In this document: positions 5,922 to 15,938 of the stretch, in pieces
Layout of the letters: each line of letters starts with the position of its first letter
Numbering within the stretch: the first letter of the stretch is position 1
Assembly: GCF_000011125.1 (NCBI RefSeq)
Contig: NC_000854.2
Coordinates: forward strand, 1,560,001-1,592,000
Reading direction: 5' to 3'
Length of the DNA stretch: 32,000 bases
Origin: Aeropyrum pernix K1
GTDB taxonomy: Archaea > Thermoproteota > Thermoprotei_A > Sulfolobales > Acidilobaceae
Program-made: the position numbers and the translations under genes
Notes under the pieces: model-generated
What the model saw: only the letters and a program-made list of their open reading frames with translations
Told to the model about the DNA's origin: nothing
Database searches by the model: none

Positions 5922-7277
5922 TTGCTGACCTACGGCCCAAGGGAGATTAGAGCGCTGCTTGAGGCGTTGGAGGCTGCTGAAAGGAGGAAGCCAGCGCAGG
6001 TCAGCAAGAGGGAGGTGTTCGCCCGCCACGGCCTCTTGGGTTCAAAGTATGATAGGGTGTTCACAGCTATAATGTACAAGATGTTTAGGATGCAGGGAGT
6101 TCTCGACAGGGCGGTTGCACACGCACTAGGGGTAAGGCCTGAGGATGTTATCGGATTCGAGCCTATGCTTAGACAGGCCCTAAGGCTCTCCGCCTACCTG
6201 GCTCAGTTCGACGAGACCAGGGACAGAAGGCTCATCTCTGCTCTCCTACGTCACGGCCTCCCCCTGCTGGCTTCCCGATATGGATGGAGGAAGGCCAGGC
6301 TTGTACATAAGGTTTTGGAAAGGCTTATCGACGAGCCGTGGAAGCCTTCGACGCGTGAAGAGGAGTTCATGGCCAGGTATATGGTGCCTATCGACATCGT
6401 GATAATGGCGAGAAGGGTCGTCGCTGGAGATGACGAGCTAGAAAAGCTCTTGGACGCGATAAACAGACCCCCTGTTAATAGTGTTAGAGTGAACACCCTC
6501 AAGGCTAGCTTCGACGAGGTTTATAAGGCCATAAGATCCAGCGGCCTCTACGCATGGCCATCTGACAGAGTAGAGGGTGTGATAAGGTATAGGGGTCCGT
6601 TTAACGACACACTAGCCAGGCTCCTGGCAGAGGGGAAAATTGTCCCCCAGGATGAGTCGAGCGCTGCAGCAGCCCCCCTCCTCCAACCAAGGCCGGGAGA
6701 GATTGTGCTGGACATGTGCGCTGCTCCCGGCGGAAAGACAACCCATCTAGCCGAGCTTTCAAGACTCCAGGCAAGAATACTCGGCTTCGATATTTACTGG
6801 GACAGGCTTAGGAGGATGAAGACCCTTGTTGAAGCTACCGCCTCAGAGGCGGCAGTAGCCGTTGTAAAGGCTGACGCCGCAAATGCTCCTAAAATCCTGG
6901 GTAGGGGGTCTGTTGACAAGATCCTCCTGGACCCGCCCTGCAGCACCACGGGGGGTCTCCACAAGAATGTGGACGCCCGGTGGAGGCTAACGAGAAGGAA
7001 GATAATGGAGCTTCAAGAGCTGCAGAAGACGCTCCTCGACGCAGCGGTGGAGACTGTAAAGCCTGGGGGCCTTATACTATATACTGTGTGCAGCATACTC
7101 GCGGAAGAAGGCGAGGACGTAGTACTCCACGCGCTAGAAAAATGGGGGAACCTTGAAATCGTTCCCCTAAACGGCCCCTACGACGAATCCCCCATACTTC
7201 CCGGTACTATGAGGGCATGGCCCCATAGACACGGGGTGACAGGCTTCTTCTACGCCCTTCTCAGGAAGAAGGGTTAA
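5922..7277 (+). CDS. NOL1/NOP2/Sun-family RNA cytosine-C5 methyltransferase
   Basis: SAM motif DMCAAPGGKT, motif IV DPPCS and motif VI YTVCS with the two catalytic cysteines. TTG start. Confidence 0.88.
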   Translation: MLTYGPREIRALLEALEAAERRKPAQVSKREVFARHGLLGSKYDRVFTAIMYKMFRMQGVLDRAVAHALGVRPEDVIGFEPMLRQALRLSAYLAQFDETRDRRLISALLRHGLPLLASRYGWRKARLVHKVLERLIDEPWKPSTREEEFMARYMVPIDIVIMARRVVAGDDELEKLLDAINRPPVNSVRVNTLKASFDEVYKAIRSSGLYAWPSDRVEGVIRYRGPFNDTLARLLAEGKIVPQDESSAAAAPLLQPRPGEIVLDMCAAPGGKTTHLAELSRLQARILGFDIYWDRLRRMKTLVEATASEAAVAVVKADAANAPKILGRGSVDKILLDPPCSTTGGLHKNVDARWRLTRRKIMELQELQKTLLDAAVETVKPGGLILYTVCSILAEEGEDVVLHALEKWGNLEIVPLNGPYDESPILPGTMRAWPHRHGVTGFFYALLRKKG

Positions 7278-7392
7278 GAGCCTGAGGGTCTATGCCAGGG
7301 TTATATCTGCCTCCGGTAGCAAGTCCTCTTCTAATGTTTGCAGCGGTTCGGAAGGACGTTACGCGGGGTGGGGAGGGTTTAACAGGGCGGCT

Positions 7393-8580
7393 ATGGCTGT
7401 AGCTGCTTATAACGTATTCAGAGGGTTCGCCGTCGGAGGCTACATGGCCCTCTTCCCCATGTACATGAGAAGCCTCGGCTATAGCATGGAGAATATAGGC
7501 GGTGTTATAGCCGTTTCTAGCCTAGTTTCAGCACTGGTTTTGCCAGCTGTAGGCGTTTACATAGACAGGATGGGCCCCCGAACATGGGTAATCCTGACTG
7601 GGGTACTCCAGTTCGCCGGGATAGCGATCCTCATCCCAGATCCAAGCATAGCGGGCTTAACCTCCAGCTACCTACTCTTCCTGCTATCGTTTATGGCAGG
7701 CCAGCCCTCTAGAATGAGCTTCCTCGCTAGGAGTATTGATGTAAGTAGCCTAGGCTACATTGTGGGGGTAACGAGTAGCGTTTTCAGCGCCTCAAGACTC
7801 GTAGGCCCGGCAGCGGGAGGCTACATATCGGAGGCTCTAGGATTCCAGGGTGCATTCGAGGTCCTCGCCGCCTCAAGCCTAGTGGGGCTTATGCTATTCA
7901 CAATCCTCTCAACAGGTGTGAGGCTACGTGAGGTGGACAGGCCGAGAAGCGTGCTGGAGGCGTATAAGAGCCTGCTTAACCCGGACCCGGGCTTCGGGAG
8001 GTTCCTAGTCTTCATAGGTGTTGACAGGCTATCTTGGAGTCTCTGGTTCCAAATGCTCACAGCCCACCTCTACAACCATGGGTTCTCAGAGTTTCAGGCG
8101 GGCCTTGCTGTAACCGTAAGCGGCGTAGTCCAAACGGGAGGCCTCCCGCTAGCGGGGAGGCTCGTCGACAGGCTCGGCGCCGTTATAGGCTTGATAGCCA
8201 GCGAGGCCCTTGGCGCAATGGCGGCTATACTACTTATGGATCCAACACCTCTCAGAGTGTATCCAGCTATGGTATTGATGGGCCTCTCCATAGCATACTG
8301 GGTACCCTCTTACAATAAGATGGTCGCTCTACTCCGAGGAGAAGGGGGAACCGGCTACACCCAGGTCAACACCGTTCGAAGTATAGCGGGGGCTCCGGGC
8401 CCCTACCTAGGCGGCCTACTCTACGACGCTATCTCGCCGATGGCCCCATTCGCCGTCTCATCAATACTCCTCTTATCCCTCGCAATCCTCGGGAAGAAGC
8501 TAATGATCGTTGAGAGAGCTGAGGAGGAGGCGGTTGTAAAGGTTTTGGCGCCCGAGCCGGTTAAGTCTTGGGACAGCTAG
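7393..8580 (+). CDS. MFS-type transporter
   Basis: 395 aa with about 11-12 hydrophobic spans in two halves. Loop motifs PAVGVYIDRMGPR and LAGRLVDRLG resemble the MFS D-R-x-G-R-R loop. Confidence 0.8.
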   Translation: MAVAAYNVFRGFAVGGYMALFPMYMRSLGYSMENIGGVIAVSSLVSALVLPAVGVYIDRMGPRTWVILTGVLQFAGIAILIPDPSIAGLTSSYLLFLLSFMAGQPSRMSFLARSIDVSSLGYIVGVTSSVFSASRLVGPAAGGYISEALGFQGAFEVLAASSLVGLMLFTILSTGVRLREVDRPRSVLEAYKSLLNPDPGFGRFLVFIGVDRLSWSLWFQMLTAHLYNHGFSEFQAGLAVTVSGVVQTGGLPLAGRLVDRLGAVIGLIASEALGAMAAILLMDPTPLRVYPAMVLMGLSIAYWVPSYNKMVALLRGEGGTGYTQVNTVRSIAGAPGPYLGGLLYDAISPMAPFAVSSILLLSLAILGKKLMIVERAEEEAVVKVLAPEPVKSWDS

Positions 8581-8927
8581 AGGCCGGGTAGACTTAGGTA
8601 TATCTTCCCCCTATCCCTCCGCTTAATATATCCTAGGCCAGGCTTTGCCTCAACACTCTCTATACAAAGATCAACTGGGGGGAGGGGTTGGTACACGATC
8701 CTGAAGCAGCCATTCACAACCATAATACGAAGTCTAGCTCCTCTGCTGTGTGCAATGGCGCCAAGAAGAGTGCCGCCTAGGGCGTTTTCTGGTATGTCAA
8801 GGTGGGTTTGGGAAGCCCCCATACAGCCCTTGGGGTGGAGGCTCGCCTCTATAACTCTCCTAATCCCTGATGAGTGATCAAGGATGGAGAGTTCTACACT
8901 TCTTTTACAGCCCAAAGGTCTCTCCAC
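8577..8927 (-). CDS. Hypothetical protein (116 aa, GTG start), coding status uncertain
   Basis: Only ORF in the 413-bp space between the MFS and CoA-transferase genes. Codon usage looks native. No motif recognised. Its stop overlaps the MFS stop by 4 nt. Confidence 0.3.
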   Translation of the reverse strand: MERPLGCKRSVELSILDHSSGIRRVIEASLHPKGCMGASQTHLDIPENALGGTLLGAIAHSRGARLRIMVVNGCFRIVYQPLPPVDLCIESVEAKPGLGYIKRRDRGKIYLSLPGL

Positions 8928-8993
8928 AAGCTTCTTGTCTCTCGTGATGAATGGGAAAAATGTTGTCCTTATAGTCGCCTCGTCCCAAAGTAA

Positions 8994-10676
8994 ATGTCTA
9001 TGGTGAAACGCTTGTCCCTCGAGGAGATTTCCTACCTGGGGCTAGGGAAGACTGTCACTGCTGAGGAGGCCTTGTCGAACATCAGAGACGGGTCTGTCGT
9101 CGCCATAAGCGGGTTCAACATGGCTATGACGCCTGAGTATCTTATTGAGGAGCTCTATAGGCTCTACCTCAAGACCGGACACCCCAGGGACCTGTTTATA
9201 ATAAGCGATACATTCCCCGGCGTCCCCGGGCGGGGTCTTGACAGGATTGCCATGGATATGTATGAAAAGGGTGAGGAGGAGTTCATCTCGGGGATGCTCC
9301 TACCATTCTACGGCTGGAGCAGGACTTTACAGAGGATGATTATAGAGGAGTGGTTTGAAGCCTACACTTGGAGCATAGGTATAATGGCGTATTGGTTCAG
9401 GGAGGTTGGCAGTGGAAGGCCAGGCGTTCTTAGCAGGGTTGGTGTGGAGACTTTTCTAGACCCCCGTAGGGGTGGTTGCTCGCTCAACGAGAAGGCCAGG
9501 AAAGCAGGCAGGGTTAGAGGGAGGATCCTCGAGATAGATGGTAGGGAGTACATATTATACCAGGCTCCGAAGCCTGATGTGGGGCTTTTGAGAGGTTCTA
9601 CTGCGGATGAGAAGGGCAATGTCAGTATTGAGGACGAGGGGATACAGGGGACCATATTGAATATAGCCCAGGCGGTCAAGGCAAGGCCGAAGAGGGGTTT
9701 CAACGTTGTCCAGGTCCTCAGGGTGGCAAGGTTCGGGAACATTAGGGCTAAGAACGTTACTGTCCCGGGGCCGCTGATCGACTTTGTGGTAGTGGCTCCG
9801 AGGGATAAACACTGGCAGGGAGCGTCGATGGATATGGACAGGAGGGTGAGCGGAGAGATCATAACACCTCTGGCTCCAGCCCTTGCAGAGCCGCTGCCTC
9901 TAGACCATAGGAAGATCATAGCTAGGAGAGTTCTCCTCGAAATGGTCAGGCTTGTTAAAGAGGAGGGAAGACCTATAATAGTTAATCTCGGCGTGGGCAT
10001 ACCCAGCCTTGTTGCCCATGTGGCTGTGGAGGAGGATGTATCCGACTTCATGGAAATAACGATAGAGTCCGGACCTTGGGGTGGTATACCATATACAGGC
10101 CCCGACTTCGGCCTCGCTATAAGCCCGTACGCCATGCTCAGCATACCCGACCAGTTCACCATATACGAGGGGGGGATACTCGACGCTGCCAGCCTAGGGT
10201 TCCTACAGGTCGATAGGGAGGGTAACGTCAACTCAAGTATACTGCCTGACAGGCTCCCGGGTCCGGGCGGCTTCTCCGTGATAGCTGCCGGGAGCCCTAA
10301 CCTCTTCTTCGCAGGCGGTTTTACCGCTGGCAAGAGGGATATAGTTGCTGAGGATGGAAGGCTAGTGATAAGGCGTGAGGGAAATATCAGGAAGTTCGTG
10401 AATAGGGTCTACAAGATCCTTTACAACCCGCGCTCCGCGATGGAGTACAACGACCAGGAGGTACTCTACATAACTGAGAGGGCAGTGTTTAAGCTCGAGG
10501 GAGGCAGCCTAAGACTCGTCGAGGTAGCCCCTGGGGTTGACATCGAGCGGGACATACTGGGGCACATGGAATTCAGGCCGATTATAGACCGGAGGGTAGA
10601 GGAGATGGACGAGAGGATATTCCGGGAGAGGAGAATGGAGGTTAAGAAAGAGGTCGTGAAAGCCCTCAGGATGTAG
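8994..10676 (+). CDS. Family I CoA-transferase, fused alpha/beta subunits (acyl-CoA:acetate/3-ketoacid CoA-transferase-like)
   Basis: 560 aa. The N-terminal half reads DGSVVAISGFNMAMTPEYLIEEL. The C-terminal half has IESGPWGG, an ExG-type catalytic Glu context, followed by FLQVDREGNVN. Confidence 0.78.
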   Translation: MSMVKRLSLEEISYLGLGKTVTAEEALSNIRDGSVVAISGFNMAMTPEYLIEELYRLYLKTGHPRDLFIISDTFPGVPGRGLDRIAMDMYEKGEEEFISGMLLPFYGWSRTLQRMIIEEWFEAYTWSIGIMAYWFREVGSGRPGVLSRVGVETFLDPRRGGCSLNEKARKAGRVRGRILEIDGREYILYQAPKPDVGLLRGSTADEKGNVSIEDEGIQGTILNIAQAVKARPKRGFNVVQVLRVARFGNIRAKNVTVPGPLIDFVVVAPRDKHWQGASMDMDRRVSGEIITPLAPALAEPLPLDHRKIIARRVLLEMVRLVKEEGRPIIVNLGVGIPSLVAHVAVEEDVSDFMEITIESGPWGGIPYTGPDFGLAISPYAMLSIPDQFTIYEGGILDAASLGFLQVDREGNVNSSILPDRLPGPGGFSVIAAGSPNLFFAGGFTAGKRDIVAEDGRLVIRREGNIRKFVNRVYKILYNPRSAMEYNDQEVLYITERAVFKLEGGSLRLVEVAPGVDIERDILGHMEFRPIIDRRVEEMDERIFRERRMEVKKEVVKALRM

Positions 10677-10741
10677 CGGCGTCTCACCCATCAACTATTA
10701 AAGCCTGGCGGCCGAGCCTAGGGAGTGTGGGTGGAGAGGAT

Positions 10742-11038
10742 ATGGCCAAGAAAAAGGCTCCTTCGGCTAAAGAGGGTGAGAAGCAGCAGGGCTTCAAGGA
10801 GATAATACCCGAGGTCACGGAGAAGCTTGTAGAGCAGGCGAGAAAGGAGGTAGCTAGGGAGAGGTGGGTCACACCCCATAAGCTAGCCCAGAAGATGGGG
10901 GTGAAGGTCAGCATAGCCCGCAGGGTGCTCCGAATACTCGAAGAGGAGGGAGTTCTAGTCCTCTTCACCAGGAACCGGAGAAGCCCCCTCTACCTCCCGA
11001 AGAAAAAGGTACCCACAGCCCCTCCCAGGGGCCTCTAG
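10742..11038 (+). CDS. rps25e: Ribosomal protein eS25 (S25e)
   Basis: Lys-rich N-terminus followed by a winged-helix segment WVTPHKLAQKMGVKVSIARRVLRILEEEGVL, typical of S25e. ATG at 10742 preferred, with GGAGAGG just upstream; the track start GTG 10727 is an alternative. Confidence 0.8.
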   Translation: MAKKKAPSAKEGEKQQGFKEIIPEVTEKLVEQARKEVARERWVTPHKLAQKMGVKVSIARRVLRILEEEGVLVLFTRNRRSPLYLPKKKVPTAPPRGL

Positions 11039-11100
11039 CCCTTCAGACTAGGCAAATACATTTATGGGAGTGCCAGGACCCCCTGGGGGGTTAGGCTGTT

Positions 11101-11976
11101 TTGAGGGGTGGCAGCCTCGTCCTCGTTACAGGGCTTGGGGAAGATAGCGGCAAGACTAGCCTTACAACGGGGTTGTTAGCGTCGTTCAGGTCGCTCGGCA
11201 TCGAAGCAAGAGGCTTTAAACCAGCGGGAGCCACCAACGTATGGCTACACCCGGAGGTCCTCGACGATTCTAGTAGGAGGGGTTTTCTGGTAACGTGGGA
11301 CTCTCTGAAGATCCATAGAGCATCTGGGGAGGACCTCGACCTGAGAATTTTAAACCCTGTAGCGGGGTTTTCGCTCCCCCCATACACTGCTACGAGAGGT
11401 CCTGCTGGCTTCCTACTACTGCTGGCGGGAAATCTAGCCTTAGTAAGGATCAGCGAGTGCCTGACGAGGGGTTTATCTACAATACACCTCATAGTCGACA
11501 GTATCCTCGATGCAGCCCCCAAGGGTGTCCGCGAAGCTGTCGAAGAGGCGGCTTCCCGGTTGAGACCCCCTCCCTTCAAGGTGAAGCCCGGGTTTATAGC
11601 GGAGGTCCTGGGCCAGCCAGCCTCGAAGGCTGCTGACACCTGTCTAGAGAGCCTTTTGGGTAAGGAGGGTCTAGTTGTTGCGGAGTCTAACAGCGATGTA
11701 GCAGCACCCACGCTTGGGGTCCTAGAGAGGTCTAGAGTTGTGCTCGTCTCGGGGTGGGGCAGGGTCTACCTTTTCTCCGGCGAGGTTTGGAGGAGGGCTG
11801 TTGAGGCTACAATGATAGGTGGAGTCCCGTGGAGCGTGAAAACTGGGGAAATTCTGGAACTGGCGAGGCCGGAGCGGGTGGTCGACTTAAAGCTCACCCC
11901 TCACGGCGGGCTGGATCCGGATGACGGTGGAGCGCTGGCCGAGGCAGTATTGCCTATTTTAGAAAAAAGCGTCTAA
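11101..11976 (+). CDS. P-loop NTPase with a BioD/CobQ-like N-terminus, function unknown
   Basis: LVLVTGLGEDSGKTSLTTGLLASFRSLGIEARGFKPAGA resembles the dethiobiotin synthetase/CobQ nucleotide-binding start (xTGTxTxxGKT...KP). The rest is not recognised. The antisense ORF 11091..11711 is Ser/Arg/Pro-rich and artefact-like. Confidence 0.55.
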   Translation: MRGGSLVLVTGLGEDSGKTSLTTGLLASFRSLGIEARGFKPAGATNVWLHPEVLDDSSRRGFLVTWDSLKIHRASGEDLDLRILNPVAGFSLPPYTATRGPAGFLLLLAGNLALVRISECLTRGLSTIHLIVDSILDAAPKGVREAVEEAASRLRPPPFKVKPGFIAEVLGQPASKAADTCLESLLGKEGLVVAESNSDVAAPTLGVLERSRVVLVSGWGRVYLFSGEVWRRAVEATMIGGVPWSVKTGEILELARPERVVDLKLTPHGGLDPDDGGALAEAVLPILEKSV

Positions 11977-12672
11977 CCTTCTCCTGCCGGCTAGTCTAAC
12001 CTCAACAATCCTCTTGACTAGGGGGAGGCTCACGTTGTACACAGGCACTCCATGGACCAGAGCATGGGGCTTGCCGTTGTGCGCGTGCGCGTGCACTGCG
12101 ACGTCCGGCCTTGCTCTGGCTATCATCCTCTCCATCCCACTACTGTACAGGTAGGGGTGTATCCTCGGATCTTCGCCCATGATGGTGGCCCTTGCCACGC
12201 CATAGTGGGTTAGCAATACAACGTAGTCCGCCTCACGCCTCGCCTCCCTGAGTAGGCCCTCGAGGATCCGGGGCCTCCTCTTGAACACATCGACTAGCCA
12301 CGGCATGTTTCTCCTCTGCCAAGGTGTCAGCCTATCGAGAGCTCCCGTCGACCCTACCACAGCCACAGTACCGCCGCTACAATCACCGGTGAAGACGGAA
12401 TCGTCCAGCCACACAACCTCAGGATAGAGTTTGACCATGGCCTCCCTATTCCAATCCTCGTTCCCGAAAACGCCAACAAACACTGATCCCGAAAACTTCT
12501 CCCTCAAAAGTTTAAACGCCGGGGAGAACGCTTCAGCACGACCCTTCTCAACGAGATCTCCCGCAAGCAAGACCATACACGGCTCATCGCCTCGCCAGGA
12601 TCCCGCCGCGGCGATGAGCAGGTTTAGATAGCGTGGTGAGTGTATATCACCGGTCGCGGCGACCAGCGTCAA
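11959..12672 (-). CDS. Calcineurin-like metallophosphoesterase
   Basis: Ordered motifs GDIHSP, LAGDLVEKG, GNEDW, LTHYG and HAHAHNG. Its 3' end overlaps the convergent gene by 18 nt. Confidence 0.85.
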   Translation of the reverse strand: MTLVAATGDIHSPRYLNLLIAAAGSWRGDEPCMVLLAGDLVEKGRAEAFSPAFKLLREKFSGSVFVGVFGNEDWNREAMVKLYPEVVWLDDSVFTGDCSGGTVAVVGSTGALDRLTPWQRRNMPWLVDVFKRRPRILEGLLREARREADYVVLLTHYGVARATIMGEDPRIHPYLYSSGMERMIARARPDVAVHAHAHNGKPHALVHGVPVYNVSLPLVKRIVEVRLAGRRRLDAFF

Positions 12673-12858
12673 AAGTATACACCCAGGCTATGGGTCAGCG
12701 CTTTGGCCCCACATCACAACCCCTCTAGGCCGGGACGTGAGGGGCTCAGCGACGCCACCCCCTTCATAATTTAGGGCGGTTCGCACTTCATCCCCCAAGC
12801 CAAAGTATGCTAGAGGAGTGGAAAAGGTGATAACCTGTATCGCAGCTGGAAGCCGCGG

Positions 12859-13125
12859 TTACCTGCCCGTGTATATAATCAGCCTCTCCTCCTCACCGCT
12901 GCTCTTGACCCTCACATAGCCATGCGTCTCGAGCTCCATCAATATATTCACGATCTCTCTTCTACTGGCTTTCAGCCCTTCGTTCTCGAGGTATAGCATG
13001 AGATCACTCTCTGTTATTGGCGTCTGCCCGTTTTTAGTCCTTTTAACTATGGTCTCGTATACCAGGTTCCTGAGGGTGGATGGCACCCAGGTCTCGCTTC
13101 TAGAGCTCAACGGCCACTCACCCAT
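12859..13125 (-). CDS. Small winged-helix-like protein (88 aa), hypothetical
   Basis: ITESDLMLYLENEGLKASRREIVNILMELETHGYVRV has the look of a wHTH recognition helix plus wing. ATG start. Confidence 0.5.
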   Translation of the reverse strand: MGEWPLSSRSETWVPSTLRNLVYETIVKRTKNGQTPITESDLMLYLENEGLKASRREIVNILMELETHGYVRVKSSGEEERLIIYTGR

Positions 13126-13145
13126 ACTAGCATTGGGATGGACGT

Positions 13146-15359
13146 TTACAGGGTAATGGTGGGGGCCTCCCTCTTAACCTCTTCCTGCCTCTGCTTGACG
13201 GTCTCCAGCCATCTCTTGTAGTACTCCACCATCTGCGGTGTTACGCTCGGCTTCACCTTCTTGAGGGCCACTTCGAAGTGTCTCATCGACACCTCCGCCG
13301 CGTTTATATCCTCCCTCAACGCCGCTAGACTCGCTTCCCTGACTAGAGCTTCTATATCAGCACCTGTGTAGCCCTCGGTTCTCCTAGCTATCTCGGCAAG
13401 GTCAACGTCCTCGGCGAGAGGCACCTTCCGGGTATGTATCCTCAGTATCTCGAGTCTCGAGCTGAAGTCTGGGGGTGGTACGTATATCATCTTCTCGAGC
13501 CGGCCCGGCCTCATGAGGGCTGGGTCGACCATGTCGGGCCTGTTGGTGGCGGCTATTACTACCACGTCGTGGAGGTCAGAGACCCCATCTATCTCGGTTA
13601 GCAGCTGGCTGACAATCCTCTCGGTAACCCTTGTGCCCACGTCGGTGCCTCTGACGGGGGCTATGGCGTCTATCTCGTCGAAGAACACTACGGCGGGGGC
13701 GTGTTGCCTTGCCTTCGCGAATATCTCTCTAATAGCTCTTTCGCTTTCTCCCACCCATTTGCTGAGTATCTCCGGGCCCCTCACCGCTATGAAGTTCGCC
13801 CCACTCTCAGTAGCCACAGCCTTGGCCAGCAGCGTCTTACCAGTACCCGGAGGCCCGAACAAGAGAACACCCCTAGGAGGCCTAATACCCATCCTGGTGA
13901 ATGCCTCCGGGTGCTTCAGAGGCCACTCCACTACCTCTCTCAGCTCCTGCTTCACATCCTCGAGGCCGCCTATATCACTCCACCTAACCTCGGGAACCTC
14001 AATCTGTATCTCCCTCAAGCCGCTGGGCGTTATCTCCCTGAGGGCTTTGAGGAAGTCCTCCATGGTAACTACCATCTTTTCGAGGACCTCCACGGGTATG
14101 GACTCCTGGTCCAGGTCTATCTCGGGTAGGTATCTTCGGAGGGCGTACATGGCCGCTTCTCTCGCTAGGGCTGCGAGATCAGCGCCGGTGAAGCCTTTGG
14201 TCATCTCGGCCAGCTTCTCAAGATCCATGTCCTCCGCCAGAGGCATATGCCTGGTGTGTATCTGCAGTATTTCCAGCCTGCCATGCTTATCCGGCAAGGG
14301 CACCTCTATCTCCCTGTCGAACCTTCCAGGCCTCCTCAGAGCCGGGTCTATGGCGTTAGGCCTGTTAGTCGCTGCAATGACTATCACGTTACCTCTAGCC
14401 TCAAGCCCGTCCATGAGGGCTAGAAGCTGTGCCACAACCCTCCTCTCAACCTCCCCGACAACTTCGTCCCTCTTCGGGGCTATGGCGTCAATCTCGTCGA
14501 TGAAGATAATGCTGGGGGCGTTCTTCTTAGCCTCTTCGAAGATCTCCCTGAGCCGCTGCTCGCTCTCGCCGTAATACTTGCTCATAATCTCCGGCCCGTT
14601 GATGGAGATGAAGTAGGCGTCGGCTTCGTTCGCAACAGCCTTGGCCAGCAGCGTCTTACCAGTGCCCGGCGGGCCATACAGTAAAATACCCTTCGGAGGC
14701 TCGATGCCAAGCCTCTTGAAGATCTCTGGATGCCTCAGAGGAAGCTCCACCATCTCCCTGACCTTCTCGATTACCTCTTTAAGCCCTCCGATATCCTCGT
14801 AGGTGACCTTTGGAACACGGCTCTGCGCTACCGGCTTCTCAAGAACATCAACTATCGTCTCCTCAGAAACTATGACCGCACCCTTCGGCCTAGCGTCAAC
14901 CACCTGCAGCTGGACAGCCTGGCCTATAACGGGGACAACAACCACGTCGCCCTCGGTGATAGGCACTCCCTGGAGCTTCTTCTTCACATACCTCTTGAAC
15001 CCCTCGTCTACAGTCATTGTGTAGCTGACGGGGGCTAGCTTCACCTTTGTAGCCGTCCTCACACTAGTCTTCCTAACAATAACCTTCTCTCCAATATTAA
15101 CGTCTGCATTCCTCCTCAGTATACCATCCATTCTTATGATGTCGAGACCCATGTCCTCCGGGTAGGCTGGCATTACAATGGCGACAGTTTTCTTCTTACC
15201 CTCAATCTCGACTACATCACCGGGCTCGACACCCAGCTCCTTCATAATGTCGATATCTATCCTAACCCTCTTCCTCCCCGAGTCCCTGGGCTTAGCCTCA
15301 GCAACCCTCAGTATAGCTTCTTTGACAGGCCTTCTAACGCCGAAACCACTACTTGACAA
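13146..15359 (-). CDS. cdc48: CDC48/VCP-type AAA+ ATPase (two AAA domains plus N domain)
   Basis: N-terminal double-psi-barrel-like segment. Two Walker A sites ([15 protein letters not shown], twice), two Walker B sites ([10 protein letters not shown] and [10 protein letters not shown]) and second-region-of-homology Arg residues. TTG start at 15359. Confidence 0.95.
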   Translation of the reverse strand: MSSSGFGVRRPVKEAILRVAEAKPRDSGRKRVRIDIDIMKELGVEPGDVVEIEGKKKTVAIVMPAYPEDMGLDIIRMDGILRRNADVNIGEKVIVRKTSVRTATKVKLAPVSYTMTVDEGFKRYVKKKLQGVPITEGDVVVVPVIGQAVQLQVVDARPKGAVIVSEETIVDVLEKPVAQSRVPKVTYEDIGGLKEVIEKVREMVELPLRHPEIFKRLGIEPPKGILLYGPPGTGKTLLAKAVANEADAYFISINGPEIMSKYYGESEQRLREIFEEAKKNAPSIIFIDEIDAIAPKRDEVVGEVERRVVAQLLALMDGLEARGNVIVIAATNRPNAIDPALRRPGRFDREIEVPLPDKHGRLEILQIHTRHMPLAEDMDLEKLAEMTKGFTGADLAALAREAAMYALRRYLPEIDLDQESIPVEVLEKMVVTMEDFLKALREITPSGLREIQIEVPEVRWSDIGGLEDVKQELREVVEWPLKHPEAFTRMGIRPPRGVLLFGPPGTGKTLLAKAVATESGANFIAVRGPEILSKWVGESERAIREIFAKARQHAPAVVFFDEIDAIAPVRGTDVGTRVTERIVSQLLTEIDGVSDLHDVVVIAATNRPDMVDPALMRPGRLEKMIYVPPPDFSSRLEILRIHTRKVPLAEDVDLAEIARRTEGYTGADIEALVREASLAALREDINAAEVSMRHFEVALKKVKPSVTPQMVEYYKRWLETVKQRQEEVKREAPTITL

Positions 15360-15489
15360 GGCCCCCTAATCCCCACTATACAACTTGGAGAGGGGGGATT
15401 ATTAATTAAGAGTTTGGAGAGGCGTGTGAGGTGGAAGCGTTTAAGCTGGAGATATAGGTTTTGGCGGGTGAAGCTGTCCAATCGGCTTT

Positions 15490-15651
15490 CTAGTGTTCTG
15501 TATTATCCTTCTCTTCCTCCTCTTTTTCTGCAGGCTTTTCTTTCTCCTTCTTCTTCTGCTTGGAGGGTGTACCGCATTCTCTCGAGACTGCTGGGCTCTC
15601 CCAGTCCCAGGTGCTCTCCCTGTGGTTTTCCTCGCTGCGCACGGGGGTCAT
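15490..15651 (-). CDS. Possible small Lys/Glu-rich protein (53 aa), speculative
   Basis: The ATG lies 1 nt after the aEF-1beta TGA (TGAAATG). The C-terminal half (KQKKKEKEKPAEKEEEEKD) is encoded by a polypurine tract. No homology recognised. Confidence 0.2.
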   Translation of the reverse strand: MTPVRSEENHRESTWDWESPAVSRECGTPSKQKKKEKEKPAEKEEEEKDNTEH

Positions 15652-15652
15652 T

Positions 15653-15925
15653 TCACTGCATCCTCGAGACGTTCTCAACCTCTACCTCCTGGACGCCCTC
15701 TATGTTCTTCAGCAGCTGCTCCACCTCCTCGGTACCGCCTTCGGTATCCTCGTTCATGGCTATGACCAGCTTAAGGGCTTTGAGCCCGAAGGCTATAGGC
15801 TCCTCCCCCTCTGCAAGAACTTCGTAGCCGCTCGGCAACTTGGACTTTATCCTCTCGGCCAGCGTCTTAGGATCGATGCTAACATCATCAGGGTAAACCT
15901 TCACTACCACCGCGACCCTCGCCAT
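15653..15925 (-). CDS. ef1b: Translation elongation factor aEF-1 beta
   Basis: The 90-aa product MARVAVVVKVYPDDVSIDPKTLAERIK...GGTEEVEQLLKNIEGVQEVEVENVSRMQ fits the archaeal EF-1beta fold pattern. The 33-codon upstream extension in the track ORF overlaps the Zn-ribbon gene and is rejected. Confidence 0.88.
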   Translation of the reverse strand: MARVAVVVKVYPDDVSIDPKTLAERIKSKLPSGYEVLAEGEEPIAFGLKALKLVIAMNEDTEGGTEEVEQLLKNIEGVQEVEVENVSRMQ

Positions 15926-15938
15926 CCAACACACCCCT

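Noticed and set aside
9362-10333. 323-aa antisense ORF inside the CoA-transferase gene. The same judgement covers 13513..14574 (353 aa, antisense to cdc48), 11091..11711, 16758..17318, 18731..19231 and 22394..22900
   Set aside because: Their Ser/Pro/Arg/Leu/Thr-rich products have no motifs. Each lies opposite a gene with strong family signatures. Long antisense frames are expected at this GC content.
12741-12799. C/D-box sRNA candidate on the minus strand in the 186-bp spacer (CUUGGGGGAUGAAGUGCGAACCGCCCUAAAUUAUGAAGGGGGUGGCGUCGCUGAGCCCC)
   Set aside because: Length, terminal GGGG/CCCC complementarity and a 3' CUGA look right. However, the C box is imperfect (GGGAUGA/AUGAAGU), the D' box is absent or degenerate (CCUA/CUAA), and there is no usable D'-C' spacer. 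The guide lengths come out at 13-14 nt. This is not enough to call.
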